Assembly: GCA_963848295.1 (NCBI GenBank)
Contig: CAWKDB010000002.1
Location: 1,344,001-1,408,000, forward strand
Length of the DNA: 64,000 nucleotides
Direction of reading: 5' to 3'
From: an uncultured delta proteobacterium
GTDB lineage: Bacteria; Myxococcota_A; Polyangia; Haliangiales; Haliangiaceae
Shown: positions 20,524 to 33,152 of the stretch, one piece after another
Layout: each line of letters starts with the position of its first letter
How positions within the stretch are numbered: position 1 is the stretch's first letter
Position numbers and translations under genes: made by a program
The notes under the pieces: model-generated
The model's input: only the letters and a program-made list of their open reading frames with translations
Told to the model about the DNA's origin: nothing
The model's database searches: none

Positions 20524-20929
20524 CGCCGAGCCAACCAGCGACCCGCGCCGCGAGCACCGAACGATGACAGCGTGCCGACTCGCGTTCGAAGCACAGCATC
20601 GCCGCTCGCTCGCCGCGCACCGCTTGCGCCGCATGATCGATGATCTCGAGCCGGCGCCCGAGATGGTCGCCGTAGTGCTTGAGCACCATCGCGCAGCCGA
20701 TCGCGAGATGGCGAAACGGATTGCCAGCTTCGCGCATGTGCAGGTAGTCGATCCCCGACGATCGCAACGCGCCGCCGAGCGGGTGCTTCGAGAATCCCTT
20801 GTGGCTCGACTGCGGCAGATCGCGAACATCGATCACGCGAGTGACGCGGTGGTGCGACAGCGTAGCGAGCACTTCGTCGAGGTCGCGATCCTGAAACCCG
20901 ATCGTGAACAGCTCGGTCGTCGACGACAT
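20504..20929 (-). CDS. DUF488 family protein
   Basis: LFTIGF, VIDVRDLPQS..KGFSK, YLH...GNP, MLCFE...CHR. Confidence 0.85.
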   Translation of the reverse strand: MSSTTELFTIGFQDRDLDEVLATLSHHRVTRVIDVRDLPQSSHKGFSKHPLGGALRSSGIDYLHMREAGNPFRHLAIGCAMVLKHYGDHLGRRLEIIDHAAQAVRGERAAMLCFERESARCHRSVLAARVAGWLGVTAVNL

Positions 20930-21006
20930 GAACCAGATCTACGCCGTGTGAGGTGCAGCCAACATTAAGCTCGCGTATCAAAATGTTTCGAGAGTGTGGC
21001 GAACCG

Positions 21007-22362
<1,356 letters not shown>

Positions 22363-22379
22363 ACGGCCAGCGTACTTGG

Positions 22380-23300
22380 TTACCAGTCGTGCAGGCTACC
22401 CGGATCGTGGCGCGTCGTCGCATGGCGGGATGCGTTGGCGCGCTGGAGTGGATCGGAGCCCTCCTCGAGATCGTCGAGCTTGCGATCGGTCGGCGTCTTC
22501 GGCGATTGGCCCTGCGTGCCGTGGCGATGTGGCTTGCCCCTCGAGTTGTTCGGTGAACCTTGCGCGCTCTGACCGTCGGGACCTTGCTTCGGATCTTGCT
22601 GCCCCTGTTGGCCCTGTTGCCCTTGCTGGTTCTGTTGGTTCTGCGCCTGCCCGGAGCCTTGTTGGTTCTGCTGATTCTGCTGCTGGCCGGAGCCCTGCTG
22701 CTGCTGACCTTGGCCCTGACCCTGCCCTTGTTGCGGCTGTTGCGGCTGCCCTTGGCCTTGCCCTTGACCCTGCTGGGGCTGTTGCTGGCCTTGGCCTTGT
22801 TGCGGTTGGCCCTGGCCCTGCCCTTGCTGCTGCTTCTCGTGTTCATGCCGCTTGCGCAGCGCGAGCTCGAGGTTCTCGGGCGCGCCGTCGATCGCCGGGT
22901 CGTCGCGCAGCGCGTGCTTGTACGCCTCGATCGCGTCGTCGACCTTATCGCGATCCATCAGCGTATTGCCGCGATTGAACGCCGCCTCGCCGCGCAGATG
23001 TGGATCCTTCGACTTCTCGGCCTGGACCAGATCATCGAACGCTCGATCGGTGAGCTTCGCGCGCTCGTTCGGATCCGCCGCCGACTTCGCCTTGCCGAGC
23101 TCGGCCGCGGCGCGATCGTAGGCGAGCCCGTCGCCGTCGACGCCGCCGTCTTGCGCCGCGCGGTCGTACGCGGCGAGCGCGTCGTCCCAGCGATGCTCTT
23201 CGATCGCTTTGTTGCCCGCGGCGACATCCGGATCGACCGAGCGAAATGGATCCCAACCGCCGAGCGCGAGGACGAGCGAGAGCGCGGCGAGCCGCTTCAC
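22380..23300 (-). CDS. TPR protein with Gln/Gly-rich region (BatC-like)
   Basis: AAFNRGNTL...AIEAYKHALR...ENLELA, Q-rich linker, terminal DW; last gene of the MoxR-vWA operon. Confidence 0.85.
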   Translation of the reverse strand: MKRLAALSLVLALGGWDPFRSVDPDVAAGNKAIEEHRWDDALAAYDRAAQDGGVDGDGLAYDRAAAELGKAKSAADPNERAKLTDRAFDDLVQAEKSKDPHLRGEAAFNRGNTLMDRDKVDDAIEAYKHALRDDPAIDGAPENLELALRKRHEHEKQQQGQGQGQPQQGQGQQQPQQGQGQGQGQPQQPQQGQGQGQGQQQQGSGQQQNQQNQQGSGQAQNQQNQQGQQGQQGQQDPKQGPDGQSAQGSPNNSRGKPHRHGTQGQSPKTPTDRKLDDLEEGSDPLQRANASRHATTRHDPGSLHDW

Positions 23301-23324
23301 CGTTCGAGCATGACACGCCAGCAC

Positions 23325-24501
23325 CTAGCGCGCCTCCGGATAACGCACGCGGCGGCGGGTCGCGATCGCGGCCCCGATGACGAACAACATCAGGCCGGCG
23401 AACAGGAACGGCTGGTAGACGTCGTGCATCCGCTTCGTTAACGAAACCGCGAGGCCGCGATTGACGTTCTTGAGCGCCGCGACGATCGGGTCCGGATCGA
23501 CCTCGCCCTGCTCGGCATCGACGAAGTAGCGCTGTGGATCGCCTGCGACCGTCGCGAGATCGCGCATCGACTTGTCATCGCGCTTGGTCGTGACCGTCGC
23601 GCCGTCGCGATCGTGCTTGAGCGCGGCGGTCGCATGATTCGCGCCATCGGTCTCGTGGACGAGGCCGCCCGCGGTGGAGCCGACGCCGACGATGAACACC
23701 GCGATGCCGAGCTCGTGCATCGCGGCCACCGCCGCGTCGGTTTCAGGATCCGACTCGCCGCCGTCGGTGACGACCAGGATCGCTTTGCCGCGCTCGATCT
23801 TCTGCACGAAGTCGTCGTCGTGCTTCGGCGCGTCTTGACGCTCGTCGTGATCCCCGGGCAGAGGATCGCCGCCATGACCGCGGCGCGCCATTTTTTCGCA
23901 GCCGAGATCGGCGTAGAGATCCGGGCGGAGCAAGCAGGTCGCGACCCGGAACATCGTGCCGAGGTCGAGTACCGGGCGGAAGATCATCGGGGCCGAGGTC
24001 GCCGAGAAACCGGATCGCGACGTCGTGATCCTCGGTCAACGGAAAGTGCGACGCGGCGCCTGCAAACACGATCGGCGCGATGCGGTCGCCCGGTAGCTCG
24101 TCGATCACCGCGATCGCGAGCTCGCGCGCGCGGCCGAGCCGGTCGCCGGGCACATTCTTCTCTCTCATCGCGGTGGTCTGGCCGACATCGGGCGTCACCA
24201 TCGACTTCGAGACGTCGATCGCGACGACGAGATCGAGGCCGCGGAGCTCGACCGCCTGGAACCCTTCGCGTTGCGGGCGAGCGAGCGCGATCGCGACGAG
24301 CGCGAGCCCGGCCGCGACGAAGCCCGCCTTGGTCGCACGCCGGCGCGGCGACGCCGACGCGAGCACGCGCGCCAGCACGGCTTGGTCACCGAGTCGGCGC
24401 AGCAAGGTGCGGCGGCGTTGGTCGTCGTGGAGCGCGAGGCCGATCACGACGACCGGCGCGGCGACCGCGATCGCGATCACCCACGGCGTCGCGAGGGTCA
24501 T
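23325..24501 (-). CDS. vWA domain protein (BatB-like), one frameshift near 23970
   Basis: ALARPQ, DVSKSM (MIDAS), FPLTED, GT(D)LG, VTDGG, C-terminal YQPFLF TM segment. Confidence 0.8.
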
Positions 24502-25571
24502 GGCAGCCTCCGCAACGGTCCGTGCGCGAGCGCGAAGCCGAGGAACAGCAGCGCGGCGCCGACGATCGCGATCGCCTGAAACATCTGCTTGTCCGGGATG
24601 CGCTCGGTGATCGTGCGCTTCGTCGTATCGAGCTTGCTCCGCACCGCTTGGAAGCCGTGATCGAACGAGTCGTAGTCGGTCGCGCGAAAGAACTCGCCGC
24701 CGGTGATCTGCGCGATCGAGCGCAGCGTCGCGGGGTTGACCGACATCGTGCCGAACATGTCCGACTCTTCGCGTCCGACGAGCAACGTGTAGACCTTCAC
24801 GCCCATCTGTGCGGCCGCGTGCGCCGCCTCGTCGGGCTCGAACTTGCGTCACCCAGTTGGAATCGCCGTCGGACAGCAGGATCACGACCTTGCTCTTTGC
24901 ATCGGAGCGCCGCAGCTGGGCGAGCGCGAGCGCGAGTCCATCGCCGATCGCGGTGCCGAGTGCGGGCACGTCGCCGAGCGTGAGATCCGAGACGATCTGC
25001 TCGAGCATCTTCGCGTCGTTCGTCAGCGGGCACTCGAGCATCGCCTTCTGGCCGAACACCACGAGCCCGATGCGATCGTTGTGCGTGCGGTGCAGGAACC
25101 GGCGGATCACGCGCTGCGCCGCATCGATCCGCGTCAGCGGGATGTCGGTCTCTTCCATCGAGCGCGACATGTCGACGACGATCATGATATCGATCGAATC
25201 GACCTCGTGCGTCACGGTGCGATCGGTCTGCGGCTGGGCGAGCGCGACGACGAGCGTGCCGACCCCGACGACCGCGAGTGCGCCGGGGAGCTCGGTCAGC
25301 CATGCGGTCAACCCGCGCGACTCGATGAGCTCGACGCGCGAGAACCCCATCGCGGCGCCGCGCATGCGCTGGAGGTGAAACCCGATCACGCCGACGAGGC
25401 CGGCCGCCGGCAATAACCACAGCGCGCGCTTGGTCCGCCACACGAGCGGCTCGACGCCCCGCTCGTGATCGAGATAGGCATGCAGCCCGAGTGCGCAGAT
25501 CCCGCCGACGATCGCGACGAGCAGCCACGGCCAGCCATAGCGCGCGAACCGCGCGAGCCGGCGCTTGCGAC

Positions 25572-25575
<4 letters not shown>
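24498..25575 (-). CDS. vWA domain protein (BatA-like), one frameshift near 24845
   Basis: DMSRSM, DRIGLVVF, CPLT, GTAIGDGL, ILLSDG, then GVKVYT...TGGEFFRA in the next frame. Confidence 0.85.
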
Positions 25576-26587
<1,012 letters not shown>

Positions 26588-26591
<4 letters not shown>

Positions 26592-27472
26592 CCGTGGATC
26601 TTCTTCGCGCGCGCTCGGAAGAACGCGACGAGCGCGTCGACGTACGGCTGATCGGTCGTGACCTCGACGACATCGAGGTTGACCCGCCGCAACGCCGCAT
26701 CTCGCGTTTGCTCGGCCGCCCGCGCTCGGCGGCGCAGCTCGTCGCCCGCAGCTCCGCTCGTATCGAGCTCGACGATCCGCCCGGTCTCGAGATCCTCGAA
26801 CACGACGACGCCGACCGATGGCAGCCCGCGCTCGAGCGGATCCCCGACGACGACCGGCACGATGTCGTGACGACGCGCCGAGATGCGCAGCGCTTGCTCC
26901 CAGCCATCGGTCATGAAGTCCGAAACCAAGAACACGACCGAACGCCGGCGGGCGACCCTGCCGAGAAAGTCGAGGCCAGCCGCGAGGTCGGTGCCGCGCG
27001 ACTGCGGCTGGAACGTGAGGATCTCGCCGATCACGCGCAGCACGTGGCGGCGGCCTTTCTTCGGCGGCACGTAGCGCTCGACCCGATCGGTGACGATGAA
27101 CAGCCCGACGCGATCGTTGTTCTTGATCGCGGAGAACGCGACGACGGCCGCGAGCTCGGCGGCGAGGTCGCGCTTCGTAGCGCCGGCGGAGCCGAAGTAG
27201 CCCGACGCGCTCATGTCGATCACGAGGTTGACCGTGCGATCGCGCTCTTCGACGAACTGTTTGACGTGCGGCGCATTCATCCGCGCGGTGATGTTCCAGT
27301 CGATCGCGCGGACGTCGTCGCCCGCGTAGTACGGCCGGACGTCGGAGAACACGAGGCCTCGACCTTTGAACACCGAGTGGTATTGTCCGGCGAGCTGCTC
27401 GTCGACGAGCCGGCGCGACGCGATCTCGATCTTCTTCGCCTTCTGGAACAGGTCGGCCGTCGTCAGACCCAC
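26588..27472 (-). CDS. DUF58 domain protein
   Basis: GQYHSVFKGRG, Y.AGDDVRAIDWNITAR, VKQFVEER, LVSDF. Confidence 0.93.
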
Positions 27473-28548
27473 TACGGCACCGGCAGGTACTCGAAGATCC
27501 GCCGCACGACGTCTTCGGAGCGAACCTCCTCGGCCTCGGCCTCGTACGTGACCACGACGCGATGTCGCATCACATCGAGCGCGATCGCCTTGATGTCGTC
27601 CGGGTTGACGTAGGCGCGATGGCGAATGAACGCGTGCGCGCGCGCCGCGGAGGCGAGGCACAACGTCGCGCGCGGTGACGCGCCGTACTCGATCAGCGGT
27701 GCGAGCTCGCCGAGACCGTAGTCGCGCGGTCGCCGCGTCGCCTGCACGACGTGCACGATGTAGTCGCGCACGCGATCCTCGATGTAGACCGAGCTCACGA
27801 GCCGGCGCGCGGCGCGGATCTGCTCGATCGTCGCGACCTCGCGCGGCTCGGGGACTTCGAGCGCGGTCATCCGATCGAGCATCGCGCGCTCGTCACCCGC
27901 GCCCGGATAGTTGACCTTGACGAGCAGCATGAACCGATCGAGCTGCGCCTCGGGCAGAGGGAACGTGCCTTCGTGCTCGATCGGGTTCTGCGTCGCGAGC
28001 ACGAGGAACGGATCGGGCAGCTTCGAGGTCGTGTCGCCGATCGTGACCTGGCGTTCCTGCATCGCCTCGAGCAGCGCCGACTGCACCTTCGCGGGCGCGC
28101 GGTTGACCTCGTCGGCGAGCACGAGGTTCGCGAACAGCGGCCCACGCTTCTGCGTGAACTGCCCGGTGTGCATGTTGTAGATGATCGTGCCGGTGATGTC
28201 GGCGGGCAGCAGGTCGGGCGTGAACTGGATGCGCTGGAACGACGCGTTCAGCGTCTGCGCGAGCGTCTTGACGGTCAGCGTCTTGGCCAGGCCAGGCACG
28301 CCTTCGATCAAGCAGTGGCCACCGGTCAGCAGGCCGATCAGCACGCGCTCGATCAGCTCGCGTTGACCGACCACGACCTTGCCGACCTCGGCGAGCACGT
28401 CGTCGAGGAACGCGCTCTGGCCGAGCACCTCCTCGGTCAACGGCCCGATCTCGATCGGCTGCTCCTTGCCGCCGAACGTCAGCGGCGCGGGGATCGTCGG
28501 ATCGGCGAGCTCCGGAATCGGCGGGGACGCGTCGCGCAATGTATCCAT
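27472..28548 (-). CDS. moxR: MoxR family AAA+ ATPase
   Basis: EGVPGLAKT, RIQFTPDLLPAD, DEVNRAPAKVQSALLEAM, ATQNPIE, LPEAQLDRF. Confidence 0.95.
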   Translation of the reverse strand: MDTLRDASPPIPELADPTIPAPLTFGGKEQPIEIGPLTEEVLGQSAFLDDVLAEVGKVVVGQRELIERVLIGLLTGGHCLIEGVPGLAKTLTVKTLAQTLNASFQRIQFTPDLLPADITGTIIYNMHTGQFTQKRGPLFANLVLADEVNRAPAKVQSALLEAMQERQVTIGDTTSKLPDPFLVLATQNPIEHEGTFPLPEAQLDRFMLLVKVNYPGAGDERAMLDRMTALEVPEPREVATIEQIRAARRLVSSVYIEDRVRDYIVHVVQATRRPRDYGLGELAPLIEYGASPRATLCLASAARAHAFIRHRAYVNPDDIKAIALDVMRHRVVVTYEAEAEEVRSEDVVRRIFEYLPVP

Positions 28549-28645
28549 AGAACCCCTCCACGATGTCACGGATTCCCGACGTATGCCCGTGACATCGCTC
28601 GGAACACGGCGCGCGCCAGCACCCGGGGTGGGATATGTTCGGCGC

Positions 28646-28930
28646 ATGGCGGATCAGCCGGTCTCCCCGTTGCCGGTCGATTTCTCGACCCATGTTCTCT
28701 CGCTCGCGTCGTCCGCATTGATCGCGCTCGGCAAGATGCCGGCCCCCGACGGCAAGCCCCATCCGCTCGAGCCGGAGACCGCGCGTCATCTGATCGACGT
28801 GCTCGCGATGCTCGAGCAGAAGACCAAGGGCAACCTCGAAGAGTCGGAAGCGAAGATGCTCGCGAGCCTGATCTACGATCTGCGCGTCGCCTACGTCGAT
28901 GCGCAACCCAAGGGCAAGGCGCCGGCGTGA
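28646..28930 (+). CDS. DUF1844 domain protein
   Basis: DFSTHVLSL..SALIALG...ARHLIDVL.ML..KTKGNL...E. Confidence 0.85.
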   Translation: MADQPVSPLPVDFSTHVLSLASSALIALGKMPAPDGKPHPLEPETARHLIDVLAMLEQKTKGNLEESEAKMLASLIYDLRVAYVDAQPKGKAPA

Positions 28931-30024
28931 ACCGCTCGGCCGCGATCGCCGCGGTGCTCGCGGTCGCCGGTTGTCGCGAGCATGAAGTTCCGCCCGACGC
29001 GCGCGGCGCCGCCGCAGGCATGCCCGCCGTCGCGGCGACCACCCGCGTCCTCTATCCGAACGCGCCCGGCTCGTTCGTGGATCTCGTCGCGAGTGCTCGC
29101 CATGGCGTCGTGGCGATCCACGCGGCGCAACCGGTGAAGTCCGGACCGGCCGCGATGTTCCCCGGCACGCCGGAGCAAACCGCCGACGTCTCGCTCGGCA
29201 CCGGCTTCTTGATCGAGGCGAAGGGTGTGTTCGTCGTCACGAACGACCACATCGCCGCGGCCGCGACCGATCTGCGCGCCGTGCTCCCCGACGGCACCGA
29301 CGTCGCCGCGAAGCTCGTCGGCCGCGATACCGAGCTCGACATCGCGCTGCTGTCGGTCGACATGGCCGCGTCCAAGCTCAAGCCGCTGCCGCTCGGCAAC
29401 TCCGACGACCTGCAAGTCGGCGAATGGCTCGTCGCGCTCGGCGATCCGTTCGGCGACGAGGTCAGCGCATCGGTCGGCGTGGTGTCGGCGACCGGCCGCG
29501 ACGGCGCGGGCTCTCTGTCGACCGGCCGCGCGCTCGGGTTTCGCACGTTCATCCAGACCGATGCGCACATCCATCGCGGCAACTCCGGCGGGCCGGTGCT
29601 CGACACCTCCGGCCAGGTCGTCGGCATCGCGATCGCGACTAGCGATCACCCGAGCGAGCTCGGCTTCGTGATCCCGATCAATCGCCTGCGAGAAGTGGTC
29701 GATACGCTGCGCGACAACGGCCAGGTCGCGCGCAGCTATCTCGGCTGCGTCGTTCGCCCGGTCACGGCCGAGCTCGCACAAGCGGATGCGCTCCCCGCGG
29801 TGACCGGAGCCCTCGTCACCGAAGTGTACGCCGGCTCCCCGGGCGCTCGCGCCGGCATCCGGCCCGGCGACATCATCTTGAAGTGGGGCGATCGCAGCGT
29901 CGACCACACCTCGCTGCCGTGGACCGTGGCCGCGAGCCCGATCGGTCGGGCCGTCGTCGTGACGCTGTGGCGCGATCACGCCGAGGCCAAGGCGACCGTC
30001 GTCACCGAGCAGTGGCGCAAGTAG
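28927..30024 (+). CDS. HtrA/DegP-like serine protease lipoprotein with PDZ domain
   Basis: Lipobox AVAG-C; GTGF, VTNDHI, DIALL, IQTDA.IH.GNSGGP; PDZ GIRPGDII. Confidence 0.92.
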   Translation: MNRSAAIAAVLAVAGCREHEVPPDARGAAAGMPAVAATTRVLYPNAPGSFVDLVASARHGVVAIHAAQPVKSGPAAMFPGTPEQTADVSLGTGFLIEAKGVFVVTNDHIAAAATDLRAVLPDGTDVAAKLVGRDTELDIALLSVDMAASKLKPLPLGNSDDLQVGEWLVALGDPFGDEVSASVGVVSATGRDGAGSLSTGRALGFRTFIQTDAHIHRGNSGGPVLDTSGQVVGIAIATSDHPSELGFVIPINRLREVVDTLRDNGQVARSYLGCVVRPVTAELAQADALPAVTGALVTEVYAGSPGARAGIRPGDIILKWGDRSVDHTSLPWTVAASPIGRAVVVTLWRDHAEAKATVVTEQWRK

Positions 30025-30062
30025 CGCCGCTGTCATGATTCGTCACAACTCTTTGATAGCGC

Positions 30063-30791
30063 TCACGTGGCTCGCCCGGAGGGCACCGCGAAAACGCTGA
30101 TCGGGCTGCCGCGGAGGTAACCGACGCCGAGCATCCACGTGAGCGGAGCGGCGATCGCGACGCGTTCGTATCCTCTTGGATAGATGCTCGTGCGCCAGCG
30201 CGCCGTGGACCAGCCGTAGAACTGGGCACCGCTCGAGAACGGATCGATGCGGCCGCCGTAGAGCCCTGCGGTGTGGAGGTGCTCGCCGTGCTTGCGCCAG
30301 TTGTTGAGCACGTAGCTGATCGCGTGGCTCGCTTGCGTCGGGGTGGCGAGGATCTCGACGTGGTAACGGTCGGCGAATACCGTGCCGCGACGGCGCAGCT
30401 CGTGGTTGAGCTGCTTGGCGGCCGAGATCTTGAAGCTCTGCATGCCACGTGCGAGCGCGGTGTTGTTGTCGGCCTCGCAGATCAAGTGGAGATGGTTGCG
30501 CTGCACACTGAAATGGCAGATCCGCAACCCGAGTTGATTGAACGCCGAGACTTGTAGCGCCTTACGGATCGCGCGATAGGCCTTCTCGGTGCGCAGTGCG
30601 GCGATCGCCGCGACCACACGCAACGTGATGTGCAGCGGCTTGCTCGGGTCGAGCTCGACACGCCGCGCATGAGTGACACCGGCGCGCGGCCCCTTCGGCT
30701 TGCGCCCTGCGCCCGGTCGCTTGCCGCCTCGACGTTGCCCGTTCTTGTCGGGCCGCGGGATCTCATGTTGCCGACTGCGCGAAGATGCCAC
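30063..30791 (-). mobile_element. Y1/HUH tyrosine transposase (RAYT / IS200-like superfamily)
   Basis: PLHITLR, HFSVQRNHLHL (HUH), VFADRYH, AISYVLNN (catalytic Tyr). No tnpB adjacent. Confidence 0.88.
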
Positions 30792-30801
30792 GACAGAGAT
30801 C

Positions 30802-30830
30802 GGCATATCACCCGTCGAGGATCTCGTCAA
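30802..30830 (-). promoter_or_regulatory. Putative sigma70-type promoter of the Y1 transposase
   Basis: Minus strand TTGACG-N17-TATGCC. A repeated 9-mer ATATGCCGA lies at 30800-30808 and 30836-30844. Confidence 0.55.
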
Positions 30831-31183
30831 TTGATTCGGCATATACAACAATGAGTTCGTCTTGATCTAGACCGCACATGTTGAACAACACCGGCTGCGT
30901 GCGCCGGCCTGTGGACGATGCCGCTCGCGCGGACAGCCGCTCGCGCCGCCGATTGCGGCCCTCGCCGTCGATCGTCCGCGGCTGACCTCGCTCGCTTGGA
31001 CGGCTGCGCCGCGAATCGATCGCGATGACCACGAGCCGACCGAGGTGGCGGCGCACCCGTCCACATCGCGCCACAGGCTCTGCCACCAAGATGTTTTTGG
31101 TTTTCGGGGAGAAGGGACGGAGCGTCGTCTTCCATTCGTCGATCATTCAAATCGATCCATGGAACCAACCATCGTGGCGTCAG

Positions 31184-31254
31184 GGGCTGTCCGGATTGTG
31201 AGCGACCGGGCGCGCCGGACACTTCGAGCGCGGTCGGTCACAAACGAACAGCCC
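31184..31254. repeat. Imperfect inverted repeat / long hairpin (REPIN-like candidate)
   Basis: Left arm GGGCTGTCCGGATTGTGAGCGACCG versus reverse complement of the right arm GGGCTGTTCGTTTGTGACCGACCG. Confidence 0.6.
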
Positions 31255-31307
31255 ACCAACAGGCTCGGCACCGCCTAACATCGATGAGTCGAATCATGAG
31301 AGCGCCG

Positions 31308-31701
31308 CTACAAGCCGGCGCGAGCGACACAGGGCGACATGTTCAGACGCACTTTGTCGGTCTCCCCGCTGCGGATGAAATCGCGCCGCTCCTTGCACTC
31401 GGCCTCGGTTGCACGACACATCATGCACACGCTCCAGTGGGCGGGCTGCCGCGGCGTCGCACTGATATCCGCGACCTGGAAACAGGACCATCGCGGCGAC
31501 TCGACGTCGAAGCAGCGATCTCCACATGCCGCGCGATCAGCGAAACATTGAAACGCGCCGCCGACCACCATCAGTGCTTCGGCTCCAAGATCAGCCGCCG
31601 ACAGATTGTCGGCAAGACACCGGACCCGCGCGCGGCGATGGGGTCTGGTTGCCATCGCAGGCAACAAGCGACGCGACGCTGATCACGAGCCACATCCTCA
31701 T
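31308..31701 (-). pseudogene. Small Cys-rich lipoprotein, apparently frameshifted near 31625
   Basis: MRMWLVISVASLVA-C signal in one frame and a Cys-rich body (QCFADRAAC...MCRATEAEC) in another. Confidence 0.45.
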
Positions 31702-31733
31702 TCGCGGAGCAATCACTTCCACCCTTGCGTTTC

Positions 31734-32144
31734 CTACCGAACGAACGTCGTGGCGATCTCGAGCGAACGCCTCAGCGTCTTGGTGACCGGCGTCTTCTCG
31801 GCGATCTCGGCGAGCTTCGCGCGCTGTTCCGCAGTCACCGCGGGCGCGGGCGTGATCGTGCGGGTGATCCGCTCGACGCCGTCGGCGCTCCGCGCGATCG
31901 AGAGATCGATGTGGAGCGGGCCGAGCTCCCAGCCCTTGCGATCGGCGTACATCCGCAGCGTGATCGCGGTGCACGCCGCCAGCGATGCGAGCAACAGGCC
32001 GTAGGGCGACGAGCCGGCGTCGGCGCCGCCGACCGATGCGGGCTCGTCAGCGACGAGCTCGTGGTGGCCGGTGTGAATCGTTTGCGCGTAGCGCGGGCCG
32101 AGCGCGTCGGAGTGCGCCTTGGCGAGAACGGTCGCATCGCTCAT
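31734..32144 (-). CDS. OsmC family protein
   Basis: ADEP...GG.D.G..PY.LLLASLAACTAITLRMYA...W. The second Cys position reads KTPV. Confidence 0.9.
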   Translation of the reverse strand: MSDATVLAKAHSDALGPRYAQTIHTGHHELVADEPASVGGADAGSSPYGLLLASLAACTAITLRMYADRKGWELGPLHIDLSIARSADGVERITRTITPAPAVTAEQRAKLAEIAEKTPVTKTLRRSLEIATTFVR

Positions 32145-32157
32145 GACCGAGCCTCCA

Positions 32158-33093
32158 TCAATGGCTGTCCTCGGGCAATGGGATGAACTCCTGATCGTCG
32201 CCGGGGATCGCCGGGAACTCGCGCGCGCGCCAACCGCGCTTCGCCGCCGCGATCTTGTCCTTGCTCGACGACACGAAGTTCCACTCGATGAACCGTTGAC
32301 CGATCGCCGGGCCGCCGAATAGAAACACGCGCGCGGGCGCGGACGCGATGACCTCGACCGCCGCATCGGCGCGCAGCACCGCGAGCGCATTGGTCGCGAG
32401 CGGCTGGTCACCGGCGATGACATCACCGGCGATGACCACGAGGCCGCGTTCCGGCCCATCCACGGGGAGCGTCACGTGGCTGCCCGCGGCGAGCTCGAGG
32501 TCGACGAGCATCGGCCGACTCGGATGGACGATCGGTGAGCGCTGGCCGAACGCAGCGCCGAGCAACACGCGGCCGGTGACGCCGGGCGCCGGCGCGATCA
32601 CGGGCAACGTCGCCTGCGGGTGGTGCTCGAAGCTCGGCGCGTCGCCTTCGTTCGCCTCGGGCAGCGCGAGCCAGATCTGCAGCCCGTGCATCTCGCCGCC
32701 GGTGGCGCGAAACTCGGGGTCGGCGCGCTCGGAATGGACGACGCCGCGGCCCGCGGTCATCAAATTGATATCGCCCGGGCGATTGTGGCGAACGTTGCCG
32801 AGGCTATCGCGATGGACATTCTCGCCGGCGAAGAAGTACGTGACGGTCGACAGGCCGATGTGCGGATGCGGCCGAACGTCGAACCCGACGCCGGGGGCGA
32901 GCGCGACCGGCCCCATGTGGTCGATGAACGCGAACGGCCCGATCGTCCGGCGCCGAGGCGATGGCAACAGCCGGGCGACGACGATCGAGTCGACGCCGCG
33001 CGGGCGACCTTCGATCACGAGCTCGATCGCGCCCGATGCGCGCGTCGCGTTCGGATCGGTGCAAGTCGGATCGGGAACGGGAAGCGTGCTCAC
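32158..33093 (-). CDS. Pirin family protein
   Basis: GPFAFIDHMG, HPHIGLSTVTY, MTAGRGVVHSE, LQIWLALP. Confidence 0.95.
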   Translation of the reverse strand: MSTLPVPDPTCTDPNATRASGAIELVIEGRPRGVDSIVVARLLPSPRRRTIGPFAFIDHMGPVALAPGVGFDVRPHPHIGLSTVTYFFAGENVHRDSLGNVRHNRPGDINLMTAGRGVVHSERADPEFRATGGEMHGLQIWLALPEANEGDAPSFEHHPQATLPVIAPAPGVTGRVLLGAAFGQRSPIVHPSRPMLVDLELAAGSHVTLPVDGPERGLVVIAGDVIAGDQPLATNALAVLRADAAVEVIASAPARVFLFGGPAIGQRFIEWNFVSSSKDKIAAAKRGWRAREFPAIPGDDQEFIPLPEDSH

Positions 33094-33152
33094 GGGTCAC
33101 CTCGTCGCCCGCGACCATAGCAGTCGCGGCGTTAGTGGGGGACAATGTGCGA

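Noticed and set aside
20504..20929. DUF488 gene as part of a defence island
   Set aside because: It is solitary, flanked by ordinary signalling genes, with no other defence-type genes nearby.
22590..22835. Low-complexity CAG/GGC-rich repeats
   Set aside because: They encode the Gln/Gly linker typical of BatC-like proteins.
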